Below are positions 1 to 10,584 of a stretch of 64,000 nucleotides of DNA, in pieces. This DNA comes from Nemertoderma westbladi (Eukaryota > Animalia > Xenacoelomorpha): contig JAUCBJ010004458.1 in NCBI GenBank assembly GCA_032718475.1, forward strand, positions 13,413 through 77,412, written 5' to 3'. The position numbers and the translations under genes are program-made. The notes below the pieces were generated by a model. It did no database searches. It was not told the DNA's origin and was given only the letters and a program-made list of their open reading frames with translations. The stretch's first letter is position 1. Every line of letters begins with the position of its first letter.

Positions 1-862
1 AACAAATTATATGCAAAGTAATACAGTAGTAGTAATACAAAATATATTGAACTGCCGTATTTGTCTATATTGCTTCCATAGTTACTGCGATTCTAATTAT
101 TGTACTCTTTAATAAGATTTCAGGTCAAAGGGTCGAAAAGGGGCCAAGGACAAACAACACTGACAAACAATAATAAGGGAAAACAGCAAGTTACAGAGAC
201 GACTTTTTCTAACCAAAACAATAAACGATGTTGTTACCAATTGAGGGAAAGGAGTATAATAATATAATGAAAATGATCTTCCGATGCTCCAACACCCGAT
301 GCTGCATTACTCAATGTTAAATCATTTCTCTGGAATATTTATGCGTAAGAGAGCTGCTTAACTACATCAATATTGGATTTTGAGTTCTGTTTTGCCTTAC
401 TGTGTGCTTGGATTTTGCTCAAATTACGTGTTCTAACACCAAGTTAAAGCGACAAAGTAATGAGACTTAAATTTTGTCTCAATAGTTTGTACCTACAACA
501 CTGTACTTTGGTGAGTAGTGATAAATTTTGGCGTCAACGGCGTTCCATAACAAACTAACTGCGGTCAGCAAACCCAAACACTTTGTGCTGCAGTTTAAGT
601 ACCGAACCGATGCAGCAGTGAAGAAGAGTAGCGGCTCTAATGACCCCCTAGAAAATATAACATCGTCGTGTTAAACTTCACTTGTAATAATTGAGATAAT
701 ATACTGCGACACTATCACTACCAGTTTATTGAGAATTCGATAAGTAGTGGTATACTTTTTTTTCTTTAACGAAATAATGCGAAATATTAGCCATTAACGT
801 TCATTATTAGATTTATTTATTTTACACCAAAATTATGATATACAATAATCAATTACTACAAG

Positions 863-2422
863 TTATCTATCACCGTCTTCGTGGTCTAAATCTTTATCAG
901 CTACTTTGTGACTGTCTGCGTCCCGAAGATCGTCATTGTATCTCCGACGTCCCACATTGTGTCTGTCCGGATACCCTTCATTGTGTCTGTCCGGACGCTC
1001 TTCTCTGTGTCTGTCCGGACGCTCTTCATTGTGTCTGTCCGGATACCCTTCATTGTGTCTGTCCGGACGCTCTTCTCTGTGTCTGTCCGGACGCCCTTCC
1101 AAGTGCCTTACATTGTATCTGTCCGGACGCCCTTCGTTGTATCTGTCCGGGCACCCATAATTGGACCTATCCGGACACCTTTCATTGTGTCTGTCCGGAC
1201 GCCTTTCATTGTATCTGTCCGGACGCCCGTCAGTGTATCTGTCCGGACGCCCTTCAGCGTATCTGCCCGGACGCCCGTCAGTGTATCTGTCCGGACGCCC
1301 TTCAGCGTATCTGCCCGGACGCCCTTCAGTGTATCTGTTCGGACGCCCTTCACTGTATCTGTCCGGACGCCTTTCATTGTGTCTGTCCGGACGCCCATCA
1401 CTGTATCTGTCCGGACGCCCTTCACTGTATCTGTCCGGACGCCCTTCACTGTATCTGTCCGGACGCCCGCTATCATATCTGCCCACGTCCCGATATTTGT
1501 CCGAAGCCCCGGACTTGTACCTGTCCGGACCCCTGGCCTGAATAATATCCGCGCCCTGTCCCACAGAAACATCACGACTCTCATCGTCGTACCACCCCGG
1601 AGTCCCGGTACTGTCCGGGACCGGACTGTTCTTGTTGTCCCACAGACTAGATGTTTCCGGTAATATCGTATCCGACCACCACTCGAGCCCCCTCGCCCCC
1701 CGCTGGGGCGGCATCGGGACATTCACACCCTCGGCCATGGCGGCAGCCGTCGTTCTCCGCCCACGGAATAACGCAATCAGTCGCTCCCGCTCCCCAATGG
1801 GTTCAATAACCTCTGGGTCACGGCTACCCACCCAAGGCGTCGTCGGGGTGACTACCTTAGAGCCGTCAGCAAGTCCGTAGTAGTTGTAATCTTTGGGGTT
1901 GTCCAGGGCCGTATCAATAACTTCCTCGATATTCTTATAATTTATCGACGATTCCAACATCTCTTGTACCTCAGATAGTTCCTCTTCCGTCTGTTTCACC
2001 TCCCCCGTATTTGATTCAGTTCTATCCGACTCCGCCAACATTAAACTTTCTTCCCTTAACCTTTCCCCCCGTTCTGCCGCCACTCTCTCATTCCACTCCC
2101 GGTTTACTTGTTCTCGTCTCAGATTATCTTCCGCCTTTACTGCGACTGCTTGGAGCGGCGAATTACCCAAATTATTCTCGAATTCGAGTTCCTTTTTAAA
2201 GTGTTCCTTAAGCAGTTCCATCTGTCGCCCGTAGGTCTCATAGGCGCTCTGAAGGAACAACGTATCGTCCACATTGATGGGTGTCGGTTCTCTCACCCGG
2301 CCCACTTTGGACGCCGACGTCGGTATGTAACGCGGCTTACGGTAGCGTTTCTGCGATACCATGGCAACATGGCCCGGACAAACAAAGAGTTTTCCTGTCC
2401 TTCCCAGTGTCAAACTCATCAT
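863..2422 (-). CDS. MRPS26: Mitochondrial ribosomal protein S26-like (mS26) with long repetitive C-terminal extension, single-exon CDS
   Basis: N-terminal presequence-like region, then RKPRYIPTSASKVGRVREPTPIN (cf. mS26 RKTRHDPPAKSKVGRV), a coiled coil, and INYKNIEEVIDTALDNPKDYNY (cf. mS26 FITRENLE..VEAALD..KNYN). AATAAA on the minus strand at 812-817, about 45 nt past the stop. Confidence 0.85.
   Translation of the reverse strand: MMSLTLGRTGKLFVCPGHVAMVSQKRYRKPRYIPTSASKVGRVREPTPINVDDTLFLQSAYETYGRQMELLKEHFKKELEFENNLGNSPLQAVAVKAEDNLRREQVNREWNERVAAERGERLREESLMLAESDRTESNTGEVKQTEEELSEVQEMLESSINYKNIEEVIDTALDNPKDYNYYGLADGSKVVTPTTPWVGSRDPEVIEPIGERERLIALFRGRRTTAAAMAEGVNVPMPPQRGARGLEWWSDTILPETSSLWDNKNSPVPDSTGTPGWYDDESRDVSVGQGADIIQARGPDRYKSGASDKYRDVGRYDSGRPDRYSEGRPDRYSEGRPDRYSDGRPDRHNERRPDRYSEGRPNRYTEGRPGRYAEGRPDRYTDGRPGRYAEGRPDRYTDGRPDRYNERRPDRHNERCPDRSNYGCPDRYNEGRPDRYNVRHLEGRPDRHREERPDRHNEGYPDRHNEERPDRHREERPDRHNEGYPDRHNVGRRRYNDDLRDADSHKVADKDLDHEDGDR
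950..1535. repeat. 24-bp coding minisatellite (TGTATCTGTCCGGACGCCCTTCAC) encoding GRPDRY(S/N/T)E octapeptides
   Basis: More than 20 visible tandem units inside the MRPS26-like ORF, with the frame preserved. Confidence 0.9.
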
Positions 2423-3154
2423 GTTGAGTACATTTAACGCGAACTATTTAACCAAGAGTTAGTATAATTGCACAAGCCGAGCATCGGCTTGTGCAAAAAT
2501 AAACATTTAGTAAGAATTGAATTAAATGTATAAAATATTAACTATTGTGGACTAAGTTGGGATTTAAATAAATAACAAAGAAATTAGTCAATAGGTTTCT
2601 CTAGTATTAATATTATTATCTTTATAAAATACATAATTAGAAATATAATGTCTTTATATTAATATAATTAATCATTATATTACGCGCAGAGATGCCAAGG
2701 CGATTTTATTTTCTAATATAACTGACGGAATCTAGAAAACGTCGCACAAAGAGCGGGAAAGAATAATAATATGTTATAAATAAGAAAGTAAAAATAATTA
2801 AGCTGATAATGTGCAGTTAGTTTGTATTAACGGCAGTATTTGCATAGAAACAAGGCGCCTAAATAGTAGCTGATGGTTTAATAATCTTATAAGTTCTTAC
2901 AAACAAATTCCGGAAACAAATTAACAACTATTTTATGCTGCAAATACAAAAATCGTATAATATAAATAATTTAATGTGAAATTCAATTCAAACCAAAACA
3001 CGGATAAATAAGGTCATATCAACTATTATTACTAGCTAATTAATACATGGATATTAATATTTATCACTAAATTACCATCATATCAAACACTCAGCACAAT
3101 TTTGTGACCCAAAACAAACACATCCGCATTTAATGTTTTATAAGGTAGTTTAAA

Positions 3155-4411
3155 TTAAGAGTATCGAAATTTCATAGTAGATTTATCCGCCTTAGACAAA
3201 TAGAACATACTATATTGATGATCCCTGGTTATCTCTTTTTTAACCTCCAAAAATGGAGGCAGTTTCAGGGCGAGTCCTTCTAGAGAGGTGTAGGTTTCTA
3301 GAACGACAACCCCGATTGCCCTGGGAGGGGATAGGTACTCGTCCAGTTGGAAGTAAGTGTTGTTGTACACGAAGGAGTAGCGTTGTTTGTAGACAGGGAC
3401 GTGTTCCGGGTCGCCTTGGAGACAGAACAACTCGAAGTCCTTGTGGTTGATGTGGGAGACAATCTCCGGTGGGAGTTCCCCAGGGTTCGCGTCCCCCCAT
3501 ATCGTGTGCGTGTAGGTGCACTGGTGGTCGTCCAGACAACGCTCGTGCACCATGTGTCGTTTCTTACGATGCGGGGTGTACAGATACTGTACATGGTAGT
3601 GAGCGCGTTGGTATGGTTGAAGGAGGGTTGGATCGGCGACAGGGGAGGCCAGCAGGAAGCGTCGTCGACGACTGTGCACGCCGAGTCGGTCGCTCACGTC
3701 CACGCGTAGACGTTCGCACACCGCGGAGATCATCCGTCTGACCTTCATTGTGAACCCGGTCGAGTTATCGATAAAGTCGTAGGCGGAGTGACCCAGCCAG
3801 GCCTCGGAGATACGACGGTCCAGTCGCACGGCTTCGTCTACGGACTCGCGCCGCGCCGGATTGTTCGACGTGGAGTAATGATCGGGAGCCCCGTTAGCTG
3901 CGGAGACCATGTGGACCACCTGATCGTACCGTATGTCTCGTAGCGACTCTTCGGACCATTCCGGGTGGCGGGATAGTATGGTCGACCAGACGTCCTCCGA
4001 CACATAGGCCTTGGGGTCCAGAGCGCCGCGATCGCAGATAATCAAAGAATTCCTGTTGGAATTCTCCGCTAAATCGAAGAACGTTTGTTCCACTTGTAGG
4101 ATACAAGCGATCATGTTTTCTTGGAACTTGGTCTGTTGTTCCAGATCCATGCGGGCCCATTTCACGCCCCCTAGCAGTAGTGTGGTTGCTATCTCAGGGA
4201 CGCGATACACCTGCCAACCTAATTTCTCGAAGAAGTTGCTGAGGCGGACTTGCGAAGTGGTTTTACCTCCGCAGGGGCCACCTGTCAGCACGAGTTTGTG
4301 GACTCTGTGAAGGTGTCGACTGGGTGCGAGAGCTGAGTGTTTAAACTGGTTGCTTAACCCGCTATACGGTCGCCACGTACGGCCGGCCGTCCCAACTAGA
4401 ACAGTAAACAT
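3155..4411 (-). CDS. TTD14: TRPL translocation defect protein 14 (TTD14)-like: AAA_28-type P-loop NTPase plus CYTH-like domain
   Basis: KLVLTGGPCGGKTT P-loop, VYRVPEIAT, IICDRG, RYDQVVHMVSAANGA, NNPARRE, AWLGH..IDNS; C-terminal VYKQRYSFVYNNTYFQLDEY and LPPFLEVKKEIT..YSM. First ATG at 4411; the ORF track starts at an upstream TTG. Confidence 0.88.
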   Translation of the reverse strand: MFTVLVGTAGRTWRPYSGLSNQFKHSALAPSRHLHRVHKLVLTGGPCGGKTTSQVRLSNFFEKLGWQVYRVPEIATTLLLGGVKWARMDLEQQTKFQENMIACILQVEQTFFDLAENSNRNSLIICDRGALDPKAYVSEDVWSTILSRHPEWSEESLRDIRYDQVVHMVSAANGAPDHYSTSNNPARRESVDEAVRLDRRISEAWLGHSAYDFIDNSTGFTMKVRRMISAVCERLRVDVSDRLGVHSRRRRFLLASPVADPTLLQPYQRAHYHVQYLYTPHRKKRHMVHERCLDDHQCTYTHTIWGDANPGELPPEIVSHINHKDFELFCLQGDPEHVPVYKQRYSFVYNNTYFQLDEYLSPPRAIGVVVLETYTSLEGLALKLPPFLEVKKEITRDHQYSMFYLSKADKSTMKFRYS

Positions 4412-5435
4412 TGATATGTTGTTCTTCAATCCCCGATGACGCGATGAGCGACTAACACAACTAACAGCAGAACAGAATAAAAAATAAGTCAAACCTTGTC
4501 ATGTTTACCAATTAATTTATCCTACACTATTGCTTTACAGATTTACCATGCTGCCATGACACATTTCAATTTTCGAAAACGAAACGATAAACAGGGATAA
4601 GGCCTATACAGAACGAGAACATACACCAGATCAAAAACCATTAGTTGAGCAAAAAAATTAACCCTACATCATTTATTGCGTTCTACTGTTCTAGTATTAC
4701 TAGTCGGTTCTGGGAGTTTGTACTCTCTGTAAACGTGTGCTTTCGATTGAATAATAACTTGCAAGCTGAAAATAGCGTTTATACTTGGCACTTGTAGGTC
4801 AGAGCGACTTCAAGTCTGTCTTCTTATACCAGGACCAGTCAGTCATACTGAAGCACAAACGGATTTTAGAAAAAAACAGACAAACTTGCTGTTTAATTTT
4901 GCTAAAGATGAAACATTACATGTAACAAACGATGTTTTTAAAATGTCGACCATTAATGAATTTATTGTCGACCATTAATTAATTTATGGTAGACCATAAA
5001 TTAAAGGAAACAAACGCATGTGATAGGTCATTGGTGGTTTAGAAGTAAGGGAATATGTAGATGTATAGGAAGAGCCACGAAGTTGGCGGAGCCTTAGCGA
5101 ACTCCGAACTGCCACTGTTTAGGGGGTGGGTCAATATCGGCAAATCAGCAAATAGTTCAGTGTTGGTGTACAATTCAGCCACTGTCTAACTGTCGTTTCA
5201 CTTACTTTTGCTTACTTTTGAGTTTGCCGGTATTTTGGCCTAGCAAATTAGCCTATTCCTGTATTTACAATACAGTTGCTTACTGTTCTGCTGTTATCTG
5301 TTTGTACTGCGGTAATTAGCATACAGATATCAGAATATACAACACATAAACAGAACTGTCTCTCTCTCAGTTTCTGCTCACCCTCACAAGTCACACTCAA
5401 CACTTTCAAAAAAGACATTATTTTTCACGTGCACA

Positions 5436-5975
5436 ATGAGTTCCAAATCCAAACAAGCAAAGAAAGCAGCGAAACCCGGTTCCCACATAAAGCGGCCGTT
5501 GTCAGCCTACTTCTATTTCACGAACAACCTGCGCGACCAGTATAAGAAGCAGGGCAAACAGCTAGCACCCACCTTGTTCGCCAAAGTCTCAGGCGAGGAA
5601 TGGAGGAGTTTAACAGAGAATCAGAGGAAACCATTCGATCTCAAAGCTCAACAAGATAAAAAGAGATACGACACCGAGATGGCTCCATACAGGAAGGAAA
5701 AAGAGGCGAAAGTTAAACGGCCTCCTTCCGCTTATATCCTATTCACATCGGATTTCAGGAAGAAACTGACTGTCAAGGAACGAAGCAACGTTACTCAGGT
5801 GATTCGAGATGCGAGCGTCGCATGGAAGGCGTTGGGGGCCGTAGAGAAGAAGAAGTACGAGAATAAAGCGGCGGAGTTGAAGGCAGCATGGAAATCTGCC
5901 GGGGATTCTAAGGCGGTTGCTACCGGTAACAACGTTGGCGACGAAGACGATGATTCGTATGAATCAGACGAATAA
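5436..5975 (+). CDS. HMGB-type protein with two HMG boxes and a short acidic tail, single-exon CDS
   Basis: KRPLSAYFYF...GEEWRSLTENQRKPF...DKKRYDTEM and KRPPSAYILF...WKALGAVEKKKYENKA; DEDDDSYESDE tail; AATAAA near 6070. Confidence 0.92.
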   Translation: MSSKSKQAKKAAKPGSHIKRPLSAYFYFTNNLRDQYKKQGKQLAPTLFAKVSGEEWRSLTENQRKPFDLKAQQDKKRYDTEMAPYRKEKEAKVKRPPSAYILFTSDFRKKLTVKERSNVTQVIRDASVAWKALGAVEKKKYENKAAELKAAWKSAGDSKAVATGNNVGDEDDDSYESDE

Positions 5976-7054
5976 CTGAACCGAATCCCCAAGCAGCCAA
6001 GGTTGTTCGAATCCCCAAGGTTGTTGTCTTGTTTACTCGGTTTTATTTAGGCCTATAGAATTCGAGTGCAATAAACTTTGTTTTTGTTTTTACTTTGTAT
6101 TCTATTTACTATACCAGTAGACATAAAGTAGAAAAAAGCTCTGTCTGATCATCTAAAATATATGGAAAGTGGAAGAGTGTTTTAATTTATGTTAAAAATG
6201 TAGTATATGTATATACCGGTTTATAAATTAATGAACAAAACCTTAGGCCCTATCATTTTTTTCATATACACCGATTTTTTTTTTGATAAAGTAGGTAGGG
6301 CCTAAGTGTTTGTCTTCTAAATATAAAATTTAGTTATTTTATAGTAAACCTGTAAATAATAGGATAAATCTTATTTTTAAGTTTGATTGTTGGTCTATTT
6401 ACATTAATTTGTTGAATTTTGACATTTTAATATGTATTTAATTTGTAGGTTGATTTTAAGCTCTAACTTATGTATTATATACTATGGAATAGGCCTTCCA
6501 TGCCATATTTATACCTGTATTAATGTAAATTCTTTAGTTACTGGCTCAGTGTAGCAGGTAGCTAATATCTCAGATATTTATACACCAATATTTTGTATAG
6601 ATGTTGTAGAGAGACCAAATGGAATGTCATCTGATATAAAACAAGTAAATAATCATTCATTTATGGTATATTCTATTACTCATAACTGTTTACCGCTGCG
6701 AATGTCAACCCAGGCACCACGCACAGCACATATTGTCTTTGTCATTTTGTTTTGTTGTGTATAATTTGTGTTTTTGTTTTGTTGTGTTTTATTAATTATC
6801 ATTATGATTATTTCATACATCCGTTTCTCTAAGATTAAAACCCGTTTATAATAATATAAATAATTATTATGTCAGTTTGAGCAGGGGGGGGGGGGGGGGG
6901 GGGGTGGGATATTGATATTGAATTAACAATCTTAATTATCAATTAATCAAATCTTGTAACACATGTTAATTGTCGTTCACCCATTAGTGTTGTTCTAGTA
7001 GAGGCGGTGGACAATTTCGACGAGTGGATCAGAATGCCTTCTTATCTTTCCTGA

Positions 7055-8276
7055 GAGACTTTAAACTCATTTTATATGCCGACGACAGAGCTCTTATTTT
7101 CTATCATAAAGATCCTATCCATATTTCCCAAAAGTTAAGCGCAGTTCTAGAATAATGTAATGAGTGGTTGGTTGATAATAAGCTATGCATTCACTACGGT
7201 AAGACTGAAAGTATTTTGTTTGGTTCCAAAAGAAAGTTAAAGAAGGTAACTAAGTTTGAAGTCACTAGTAATGGACATAAGATTGAAAATCAAAAGGAAG
7301 TTAAATATTTAGGCGCCATATTGGATAACTGCTTATCAGGAGAAAGCACGGCGAAAAATATTTTCTCGAAAGTTAACAGTAGGCTTAGGTTTCTATACAG
7401 AAATAAAAATAGTTTAAACACCGACTCCCGCAAGTTACTTTGCTCTTCTTTAATACAGTGCCACATGGACTATGCATGCATGCTCTTCTTGGTATGAAGG
7501 CTTAACCAAACAGCTTAAATGTAAATTACAAGTAGCTCAGAATAAAGTAGTACGATTTATTAAAGACTACAAACCTAGGCACCACCTAACTACAGATGAC
7601 TTTTCTGAATCTGGACTACTTAACTTAGATATTAGAGTTAAGCAGCTACGCCTTAACCATGTGCATAAAGTGTATAATGGTAAATGTCCCAATTACCTAA
7701 AACAAAAATTCAATAGTGTGCGATACACACTCTTACAGTACCAGAGCTAGTGCTTCAAACTTCTACCTCCCGAATTGTAAATCCTTTGAATCTGATACTT
7801 TCTTTATTAACGGTATTAAAAATTGGAACGCTCTGCCTAATGAAATTAAAAACCTAGATAATCAACATCCTTTTCTGCAGTTAAATCTCACCTCCATGTG
7901 CAATGTAAAAATAGGTAGAATACTGTAGTCCTACAGTAAGTTTAGTTTATTAATTATTTACTATTTATTGTAATTACGTTTTATAATAAATTGTTCTGTA
8001 CATTACATCTTTATCGTTGACTCGAGCATTGTCACGCTCTTGGTAAATTTGACATGTACATAGTGTAATTACGTTTTATATTCGTTTTAGGTTAGCGTAG
8101 TGTAATATTGTATTTGTAACCAAGTATCATAAAGGACCCCCTTGGAAATAAGCTGCAAAGCTTTAGGGGTAATATCCTATATGTTATGTTGGACAATACT
8201 TTTATACCGGTATATTGTTTGGTGTATTTTTGTTATTGTTTTTACATAATGTATAAATAAATCTATCTATCTATCT
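7055..8276 (+). mobile_element. Degenerate 5'-truncated non-LTR retrotransposon (CR1/L2/Crack-group-like RT end plus 3' UTR)
   Basis: LILYADD at 7075-7086, KYLG motif, WNALPNEIK C-terminus; an in-frame stop and frameshifts; ends in AATAAA plus (TATC)n. A second copy of the 3' UTR lies at ~61008-61149. Confidence 0.85.
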
Positions 8277-8299
8277 AATGCCAGTCTCCATCGCTCACC

Positions 8300-8870
8300 A
8301 ACATTGCCATGGGATTACAGCGATAGGGTAAACCGAACAATCTTCAGGATTTTGCCTCTGGAAACTGATTGTTTTCGGATGGGACACAGTTCAAGAAGCT
8401 GACTGGAAAGCTGTAGACTCACACTGTAACTGGAACCAGTGGTCATAAGTCCCAGATAGACAATATTCTGTTTCGTAAGAAATACAGGAGCTCTGTATAG
8501 GGCTCTTCGCTCCTTCACAAGTGATCACATCGCCTTATTGCAACCAAGATTATGAGTCCCCTGCCTTTGTGACTGTGAGAGCTGCAGAAACAGTTCTTGT
8601 ATGTGCCTGCTTATCAATCAGCAGGTTGACGCTTCCAATGACAGCAGGTAAACAACCTATATAAGGCATGAAAATAAATCAACTTGCTCGGCGGAAAAGC
8701 CAAAGCTCGTAAATAATTCAGGGTAGCGTATTGCCTGATAACTTTGTGGAACAAAAAGTGTCTTACGTAATCTGTACTCCCAGAAATAATCAACGGTGAC
8801 ATCTCCTTTGCCTTGGTCAAGAGGCTGCTGCAACGAGTTAACGAGCATTAAGACCAATCGTGCCAGTTGA
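8300..8870 (-). mobile_element. Possible highly decayed LINE RT fragment
   Basis: Broken ORFs LVNSLQQPLDQGK.DVTV..., SFGFS...LFS and IVYLG weakly resemble non-LTR RT motifs. Confidence 0.3.
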
Positions 8871-8938
8871 ATAGAGGGTGCCCCTTGAGGTCTTTAAAAT
8901 AACAATGTTTTGACCTCATTCACCCTATATCATAACAG

Positions 8939-8982
8939 ACATGTACCGAACAAAGAGAGTCCCACAACAAAATAACGAATAA
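8939..8982 (+). CDS. Candidate 44-nt upstream exon of the Mieap-like gene (TCTEQRESHNKITNK)
   Basis: Acceptor ...CATAACAG and donor GTTAGT; ends in phase 2, matching the phase-2 start of the exon at 9506. Confidence 0.4.
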
Positions 8983-9079
8983 GTTAGTCCCCGTCCCCAA
9001 CAAGCGTAACCTAACACTCTAGATCTTCTTGCAATTAAATTGGTGCTTGGACAAGGACAGATATTGTTTTTGACGAGCG

Positions 9080-9270
9080 TACCGATACTGTACTTAATAG
9101 GGTGCTTTGTTTTCTAAAGCCACACTGGGAGAATACGCATGGTAGACCTGTAGACAGCACATTACTTTCTTGAGACGACTCTAAAAGACACTGGACTTGA
9201 CTATGCGGATAATCTCGAGAAAATCATGGGGGATAGTGATTTCCGGCGGCACAATTTTGTCGATCGATAT
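9080..9270 (+). mobile_element. Decayed RTE-like LINE 3' fragment
   Basis: ACTTTCTTGAGACGACTCTAAAAGACACTGGACTTGA (..LKDTGL) resembles the RTE fragment at 15850-15895 (TFLKRLLKDTGL). Confidence 0.5.
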
Positions 9271-9505
9271 ATTACATCCTGCCGATTATCGATTGTATGA
9301 CCGCAGCACAATTTGTTGTTAAGCCCACATAGCAATCTCAATGTGCGGCTGAAGTGCACCGTGCTGATTATATAGTAGTACTGTAGAACAGTATTAGGCC
9401 TACTCAAAGTTGTATCATTGTATCCGACGTGGTGACTATTAACATAATAATTGTATGGTTTAGTTGCGCACTGATATCTAACATTATTACCGCTTTGTGT
9501 CGCAG

Positions 9506-9782
9506 GATATCGTATTTGAACTCGAAGCTAGCTGCTTTGAATGTGTCACAGGATGCTACAGACACAGCGACCTCCGTTGTTAGCACCTCTGTAGAATCCA
9601 CCTCTCAGGAGCTACCGCTTAACATGCCGACTACACAAGATATTGCTTATCAGTTCAATGTGCTGTACCAACGCGACCGAGTGGTGTGCATTAAGGCTAT
9701 TAGAGATTCCGTTTTTGCTGGTGGTCGTGGGAACCTTTTAGAACGGAATTTGGCTTCCAAAGTTGTATTTACAGTAATGGTG
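9506..9782 (+). CDS. SPATA18: Mieap/SPATA18-like gene, internal exon
   Basis: Acceptor TGTCGCAG and donor GTAAGT at 9783; encodes ...PTTQDIAYQFNVLYQRDRV...ASKVVFTVMV, which joins LSFR in the next exon (Mieap-type SKLLFSVVVLAFR). Confidence 0.7.
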
Positions 9783-10401
9783 GTAAGTGATTTTATGATT
9801 AATTTTACACTCATAATCTTTCTGTACAATCATTGGTGCGTCCACTACGTGCGCAATAACTATATGTGAGACCGATACTGGGATTACTTATACTTTCACA
9901 GCTGCTATATGTAGATTTTATATTCTGTAGAATCATCAATCAATTATTAATTAATCATCAATTAATTAATCTCCTAATAAATAAGATTGGTAGATAAATG
10001 GTTGTATTTAATGTTCAAGTACGATAAAGAAAATAGGCAGTATAGTCCTTATTAAGATTCCTTAATTCATTCTCAACGTCTGTCGAATACCTTTATAACA
10101 ATATAACTTGATTTTTGAGAAGCTTTATACTGTACATCACGTTTTCAGAAGTCTGCTAACGTTTTTATGTCCAAACAGATCATAGAATCGGTAGCAAATG
10201 GATTCATGGTGTACCAGTACCGTGGGAGGTCGATGCGAATCGTAAGGTTTCAGTAAATATACTCAAAGAATCACCAAGTAAAAATACAGACAGCGTGCGC
10301 TGTGTGAGATATCGGCTCAAAAATTTCTTACTGTGCGTTTGATGATAAGAATCGAAACTTAAAATTCCAAACTAAGGTAATTTTTTTTAATTTCATTGCA
10401 G

Positions 10402-10584
10402 CTGTCATTCCGCGCGGTAGAAGCGAACTTTGCGAGATCTACTGAGTATATGAGGCGGTTGTTAGGCCTACCACTGGAGGACTATATGCTGAGTCAAGAG
10501 GAGAGGCAACTAGACTCCGGCTGGATCGCGTTGTTAAGGAAACAGTGCCGCTCAGGCACTTTTCCGGAACCTGCGATACATCAG
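10402..10584 (+). CDS. SPATA18: Mieap/SPATA18-like gene, internal exon
   Basis: T-rich acceptor TTTCATTGCAG, phase 0, LSFRAVE...PAIHQ, donor GTTGGG at 10585. Confidence 0.7.

Noticed and set aside
5436-5975. TFAM identity for the HMG protein
   Set aside because: No mitochondrial presequence, and the acidic tail fits HMGB.
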